In this document: in pieces, positions 58,255 to 64,000 of the stretch
How the letters are laid out: each line of letters starts with the position of its first letter
Position numbering within the stretch: position 1 is the stretch's first letter
NCBI GenBank assembly: GCA_036867785.1
Contig: CP145423.1
Location: 558,001-622,000 of the forward strand
Reading direction: 5' to 3'
Source: Plasmodiophora brassicae
Lineage: Eukaryota
Length of the DNA: 64,000 nucleotides
Made by a program: the position numbers and the translations under genes
Notes under the pieces: generated by a model
Database searches by the model: none
The model's input: only the letters and a program-made list of their open reading frames with translations
What the model was told of the DNA's origin: nothing

Positions 58255-58912
58255 GACGTATCCGGCTCGTTCAGGCGGGTTCCTGGTGATCAGCATACGC
58301 TACGGCGGGAAGGCAGAGGCAAACAGCGGGCAGTTGCGATGGGCCGACAGGGCGATCAACGTGTTCTGGCCGTCGAGTTATCCGATGCCACGCAGCCAGG
58401 CCTGTTCCAAAGCGCGTCACTTGGACGCCCGGGGGCACGGATGTGTGCCGACCTGGTGGCAATTAATTCCTCGGCCTGAACACACTTATCGGCCTGTCGG
58501 GCCTGCGCAACGGCCTGCTGTTCCTCTGCCCTGTCGCTCCTGCAGGGGCAGGGCACCTGGTACACATGCGCGTTCGCGATCACGGCTGAGTCGCCAATGC
58601 GACTCAGCCGGCACCAAATTGGGCTGGTTGACACGTCTTGTTCTGTCATCACAACTGGCGGTGGCATGCTTTCCCCGGTGGCGGCGTCCACGACCGCGAG
58701 TGGCCATTGCCAGTCGTTCCGCCGCGTCCAGCTGCCATGGGCACCTGCGCGTTCTGGACGACGACGTTGCCCAGCGTGACGAGGTACGTGGCGATGTAGT
58801 ACATGGCGTGCAGGAACGCAATCAGCAGGGAAAACCAGACGATGGCGTACACGATCCATGTGCCATAGTCGTCGAAGGACTGCTGAGCGGCCTGCACCAC
58901 CGTCGTCGTCAT
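58255..58912 (-). pseudogene. Internally deleted chitin synthase relic (5' piece 58760-58912, 3' piece 58255-58600)
   Basis: MTTTVVQAAQQSFDDYGTWIVYAIVWFSLLIAFLHAMYYIATYLVTLGNVV. The decayed 3' region resembles 54230-54480 (gtaccaggtgccctg, gttcaggccg.ggaatt). Confidence 0.7.
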
Positions 58913-59160
58913 GCCTGGAGTGTGCCGCTGCTGCTGCTCTCGACAACCAACGCTCGCATCGACAACCGCTCTGTCATCCCTATGACGCGACGGCCTAGTG
59001 GGTGCGCTTCTAATCCCCAACCGGCACGAAACTTCAGCCTCCGAGACTAATGGTGAGCGTGCCACGTTCGGTCGTCGCGTCATAGTGATTGCAGAGCGGT
59101 TGTCAACGCGAGCGTTGGTTGTCGACAGCAGCAGCAGCAGCGTTACACTCCAGCACGACG

Positions 59161-59545
59161 ATGAAGGCGGTGCAGGCCGCCCAGCAGTTCTTCGACGACT
59201 ATGGCACGTGCATCGTGTACGCCATCGTCTGGTTTTCCCTGCTAGATGATCGCATTCCTGCACGCCATCTTCTACATTGCCACGTACGTCGGCATGCTGG
59301 GTAACGTCGTACGCGGGTCCTGACGCGACTCGTTGCCGCACACCTGGTACAACGTGGACGTCTACGGCTTGCTGATCGCGTCGTTCAACTTCACGCCTTC
59401 TCGGCGTCGCCCTGGGACACCCTGGATCCAACGATCGCCAAGATCGAGCCGCTTACTCTACTGATCGCCACCTGGTTAGGATCAGTGGACGCCTGGCGAC
59501 GGGCAATGAGCGAGAAGACCAGGTGCTGAAGGCGACCGTCTCGAG
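59161..59545 (+). pseudogene. 5' fragment of class VI-like chitin synthase
   Basis: MKAVQAAQQFFDDYGTCIVYAIVWFSLL, then frameshifts; ends gaccaggtgctgaaggcg. Confidence 0.8.
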
Positions 59546-59888
59546 GTCGTTATTGGCGTGATCACCGCTCGGGTCCTCGCCAGCCACGTGCTGCTGCGAC
59601 GTAACGACCACACCGTCGAGGGTATTGTCGTCATCAGCGTCCGCCTGGTTGGCGCCAAACGTCCGCACGTGTACCAGGTGCCCTAGCCGTGGACGCCGGT
59701 TGTCAGTGCCTCCCACGACGACGGCGGTCAGCGGTTGCCAGTGACGATAACAAAGTGATTTACTCCCGACGATGACGGAGCGTGACGGTGGCGATGTAAC
59801 GGCGTGTCTCGCCAGGCGGCCAGGCGAGCCGGCCCGGCCCACTGACCGTTACCGACAACAGCGTCAGGGGCGGAGCCTCTGCTGTAGA

Positions 59889-61241
59889 CGTTCCCGGAGT
59901 CGAACTGGGTCAGGCTGTCACGCGGCGTCCCATTCGACCCCGCCACGGACACCGTGGCGGACTTCGCGATGAAGCTATGGTACTCCTGCAGGCGACTCGT
60001 GGTACGATATGGAGGCGGCCGTCGTGCGTGGATGGCATGCGATCGTCGGCCGCCTGGGCGACTGCGACCTTCAGGATAGCGTATGTGGGGCGCTGCGTTC
60101 ATCGCGATGGGCGTCGCGCTCGCTGGTCGCCGAGGCGGTTGCGGGAAGCGACCTCGTGAATGCTGATCCAGCGTTCGCGTTATCGGTGACGAATGCGGGT
60201 CGCGCCATGAGCCGTGCCCGCCGCGCTGCCCTTGTTGTCGACCGCCCTGAACTGTTTCCGCTAATGCACGCCAGCCTGGACGATCTGCCCGTTTTCAGCG
60301 TCCTGATGAAACGGGACCTGGACGGGGTCGGGGCTTCGCTCCTCTGGTGTCTATCGCGTATGACGTCAACAGGCATAACGACTGCGTACCAGGATATCCT
60401 TCAGGTTATAGTACGACTGCTGGAGCCACTGCGGACGCGGACGTCGTTGGTTGCTCTGGCCGCCATGCGTATCGTCCTCAAGGAGACCGACCTGCCTGTC
60501 CTGCGCTGGCAGTCCGCCTTGATTTTCGAGTTACTTCGTCGCCAGGTACGGCATCGTGCAATGCCTGATGGCTTGTGCGCCTAACTTCCTTGTCAGGTTC
60601 AAATTCGGGATCACGAACTGGAGCGTGATGCGGTGCAGACGCTCGTGGCCGCGTTGGTGCGCCTGACACCCCGGCGGCGACCTCGCGGGCCCGACCTGGA
60701 TTCCACGTTGGATCTCGTCCAAGACGAGGTCCAGTACCTGGCGCTGAGCGGCACCCGTGATGAGAACCATTGTCGACGGTCGTGTGTGTTCCTGGAGGCG
60801 CTGGCGACACTGCTCGCGCTAAGCGGGACAGCGTGTGCAACGCGTCTGCGGCGACTCCTCCCGTGCTTGTTCGTGTTCATTGAGCACCAGAACCGGGATG
60901 CATGTCGAGCCGGGATCGCCGCCCTCTCCATGACCGTTTGCGTCTGCTGGCCTCGTGTGTCGGCGCACGCCCGCAAGCTGTTCGAAGGTGTTGCACGGGC
61001 CTGGCTGCGGAATGCGGTCCACGAGGCCCCTTGCGATCGTATCGCGTTCGACCTTGTGGAATTGCTGGCCCTGCTTGTCGATGTCGCTCCATCGCAGGTG
61101 ACGCCGCTGCTCGCTGAATTCGCATCCATGGAACCGATCGACGACCTCGTGCGTCGGGCCAGGACACGGTCAGCGCACCCGTCCCCACCGCCGCTGAAGT
61201 CGGCCCTCCTATGGGACATGCAGTTCATTCAATGCGGTTGA
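59889..61241 (+). CDS. TTI2-like (TELO2-interacting protein 2) HEAT-repeat gene; 5' end unclear or truncated
   Basis: Leu-rich helical exons joined by introns (RRLV|DSVC, LRRQ|VQIR). RLRRLLPCLFVFIE...TVCVCWPRVSAH resembles the Tti2 WPR..H signature. Confidence 0.55.
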
Positions 61242-61997
61242 CAATATGGCATTCCTACCTACGAATGTTTGCACCCGTTCCCATAGCATTCGCCTTCTAC
61301 TCGGAAACAGTCTGGACGAGCGGGAGGCACCCTGTTGAGCGTCGTTGGAACGGTGTCCCTGGGCAGTAGGCGAGCTAGTCGCTGTCGGAAGTTCACGGGC
61401 AGACCCCGACCAGTACGGGTGACAGTCGATTGTGGTCGGTGCCTGGGTAGGCATACGCTGCCCTGGCTTGCTGATCGGCGGCGGCGACAGGTCGGCGTTG
61501 CGAGCATAGCAATGTCGTTGGTGGACATGGCACCGGGTAGCCCGATACGGCAGCTGTGATCCCTGAAACGCCGCGCGCCCAGTGACTGACGTCCGAGCCG
61601 GCGCCCCCCATGGCACCCGCCGCGTTCTGTGCAGGCAGACGTCGCGTTGCGTTTCCATGCTGTCGCGCCGAGTTCCGACGTCGTAATGCGGAACCGCAGT
61701 GGCCGCTGCACGTTGCCCATGATCGGTCGACAGCGTGCCTTAACGGTGCGGGCGTGCGCGCGCCGCGTCACTGTCGCTCGTCAGTGCCCGTTCTATTTCT
61801 CCGACGGTTCAGTGCGCGCGCGCGATCCGATTCAGTCCCAGGCTCCGAACCCGCAACCCGGCAGGAATCTTCAGCCTCCGAAATAACGGTGAACGTGTCA
61901 GGGTCGGTCGTCGCGTCATAGTGATTGCAGAGCGGTTGTCGGCGCCAGCGTTGGTTGTCGAGAACTAGCAGCAGCGCAGCGGCAAGCTCCAGGCCGC

Positions 61998-62455
61998 ATG
62001 ACGATGAGGGCGACGACGGTGGTGCAGGCCGCCCATGAGTGGTTCTTCGACGACTACGGCACATGCATCGTATACGCCATCGTTCGGTTCTCCCTGCTGA
62101 TCGCGTTCCCGCTCGCCACCTGCTACATCATTGCGTACGTCGTCACGCTGGGCAACGTCTTCCCGCGTCCGCGGCGAAAGGAACCAGGACCATCCGGCCG
62201 GTGCTGACGCGCCTCGTTGCCGCCATCTTCCTCGTCCTGTACACGTCGTACAATCTCGGCGGGTACGGCCTGCTGATCGTGTCGGTCAACTTCAGGCACG
62301 CGTTCTGGGCGTCGCCCTGGGACACCCTGAACCCAACCTTCGCAACGCTCGTGATGCCCGGGCCGCTGACGTTGGTGGTTGCCACCTGGTTCCACATGAT
62401 CAAGTGTGCAACCGATGCCGGGCGAAGACCAGGTGCTGAAGGCTATCGCCTCCAG
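61998..62455 (+). pseudogene. 5' fragment of class VI-like chitin synthase
   Basis: Mirror of 57100-57553, with frameshifts. Confidence 0.85.
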
Positions 62456-62469
62456 GTCGTTGCGGCCGA

Positions 62470-62830
62470 GGCCTTCGGACCTCGCGCGAGGCGATCGCGA
62501 TCGCCTTTAGGACCTGGTCGTCGGTCGGTGCCCGTCGCCCGGCATCGATCGCACACTTGATGCGGAACCAGGTGGCCACCACCAACGTCAGCGGCTCGAG
62601 CATCACGAGTGTTGCGAAGGTTGGGTCCAGGGTGTCTCAGGGCGACGCCCAGCTGCAGAAGGCGTGCCCGAAGTTGAGCGACACGAACAGCAGGCCGTAC
62701 ACGCCGAAGTTGTACGACGTGTACAGGACCAGGAAGATGGCTGCAACGAGACGCGTCAGGACCGGATGGTCCTGGTTCTCCTCGCCGTGGAAGACGACGT
62801 TGCCCAGCGTGACGACGTACGTGATGATGT
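62470..62830 (-). pseudogene. 5' fragment of class VI-like chitin synthase
   Basis: IITYVVTLGNVVFHGEENQDHPVLTRLVAAIFLVLYTSYNFGVYG...ASP*; mirror of 56730-57070. Confidence 0.85.
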
Positions 62831-63816
62831 GAGGAGGTCTGGACTTGAGATGCAGACGACCTCGTGGGACCCCCTTCCGAGTTCCGCCACAACCACTCTT
62901 TCCCAAGCTGTTGCCGATCAGCGGCTGGCCGATCGTGTTCAAGTAGAGCCGTGAGCAGTGTGTACTAGCCACGTTTCCAACACTCGCAACCGGAGCCCAT
63001 GTTGCGGCCCGGACACACATGGACGCTCTTGTCGTACACCCGTTCGCCACTTACGACGCCTTCGCCATATCCCTGAGAAAACGCTTCTGGACAGGCAGTT
63101 CATTCAATGCAGTTGACATGGCATCCCTACCTACGAATGTTTGCATGGCCTGTTCCCGTAGTATTTGCTGGTTACCTGGAAACAGTCTGGACGAGCGGGA
63201 GGCACCCTGTTGAGCGTCTTGGGAACGGTAGCCCCTGGGCAGTAGGCGAGCTAGTCGCTGTCGGAAGTTCACGGGCAGACCTCGACCAGTACGGCTGACA
63301 GTTGATTGTGGTCGGTGCCTGGGCAGGGACACGCTGACCTAGCTTACTGATCTACGGCAGCCACAGGTTGGCGTGATGCCAGGAACGCCTCACTCCCAGT
63401 GACTGACCGGCCGGTGGCCGGGTAGAGCGAGCCGGCGCCCCCCATGGCACCCGCCGCGTTCTGTGCAGGCAGACGCCGCGTTGCGTTTGCATGTTGTCGC
63501 GCCAAGTTCCGACGTCGTAATGCGGAACCGCAGTGGCCGTTGCACGTTGCCCATGCTCGGTCGACGGCGTGCCTTAACGGTGCTGGCGTGCGCGCGCCGC
63601 GTCACTGTCGCTTGTATTTCTCCGAAGGTTCAGTGCGCGCGCGCGCCCCGTCAGTGTCGGTTCTATTTCTCCGACGGTTCAGTGCGCGCCCCCGCTACGC
63701 TCCGATGCAGTCCCAGACTGTGAACCCCCAAACTGGCGCGAATCTTCAGCCTCCGAAACGAACGGTGATCGTGTCACGTTCGGTCGTCTTCTCATTGTGA
63801 TTGAAGACGGATTGCG

Positions 63817-64000
63817 ATGACGACGACGGCGACCTCGATCGTGCAGGCCGCCCAGCAGCTCTTGAACGTTTATGGCACGTCTATCGTGTTCGCCCTCGTG
63901 TGGGGTTCCCTCCTGATGGCGTTCCTGCACGCCATCGCGTACATTGTCACCTACATTGTCACCCTGGGCAACGTGGTCGTTTACGGGGAGAAGGACCAGG
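63817..64000 (+). CDS. CHS: Second copy of class VI-like chitin synthase (runs off window end)
   Basis: ATGACGACGACGGCGACCTCGATC... appears identical to the reverse complement of 55566-55749. Confidence 0.8.
   Translation, partial: MTTTATSIVQAAQQLLNVYGTSIVFALVWGSLLMAFLHAIAYIVTYIVTLGNVVVYGEKDQ

Larger units (their letters stand above)
61175..64000. repeat. Right arm of large imperfect inverted repeat (pairs with 55566-58225)
   Basis: Reverse-complement correspondence of successive blocks, e.g. 63032-63816 vs 55750-56549 and 61990-62400 vs 57160-57560. Confidence 0.9.

Noticed and set aside
1-64000. Prokaryotic features (operons, CRISPR arrays, defence islands), rRNA or tRNA genes
   Set aside because: Spliceosomal introns and eukaryotic genes occur throughout. 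I saw no short regularly spaced repeat-spacer array or recognisable structural RNA.
55566-64000. DNA transposon with long terminal inverted repeats
   Set aside because: No transposase, integrase or RT motifs were seen. The arms consist of host gene sequence and the outer ends are not visible in the window.

Overview
This is compact, GC-rich eukaryotic nuclear DNA, not a prokaryotic window. Genes are interrupted by many ~50-70 nt GT..AG introns with CTGAC-like branch points and separated by very short intergenic spacers. The style, two chitin synthases and several secreted Cys-rich/LRR/RING proteins suggest a plasmodiophorid protist such as Plasmodiophora brassicae (inference, not verified). 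Recognisable genes: a PPR-DYW protein, an HD hydrolase, a mitochondrial carrier, a MORN protein, TRIP4/ASC-1, a cysteine desulfurase-TtcA fusion, ALG7/DPAGT1, a DGAT2-family acyltransferase, a BMT5-like/C2H2 protein, ARP2, TTC5, two chitin synthases, four SP-TM-RING paralogues, two uracil-DNA glycosylases, a GBF1/GNOM ARF-GEF, a ZPR1-like protein and a TTI2-like gene. The strongest candidate for an undescribed system is an in-frame fusion of DNA polymerase delta subunit 3 (POLD3/Pol32) to uracil-DNA glycosylase through a shared PIP box (37065-39133), next to a second, probably mitochondrial, UNG. Also notable: the desulfurase-TtcA fusion; a triplicated proline-rich gene with WASP/VASP-like helices, whose middle copy looks like an unequal-crossover product; an LRR gene built from 72-nt exons; and a >8 kb imperfect palindrome made of head-to-head chitin synthase copies and nested inverted chitin synthase fragments. 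Exon boundaries were read by eye, family assignments come from motif recognition without database searches, and some 5' ends are uncertain.
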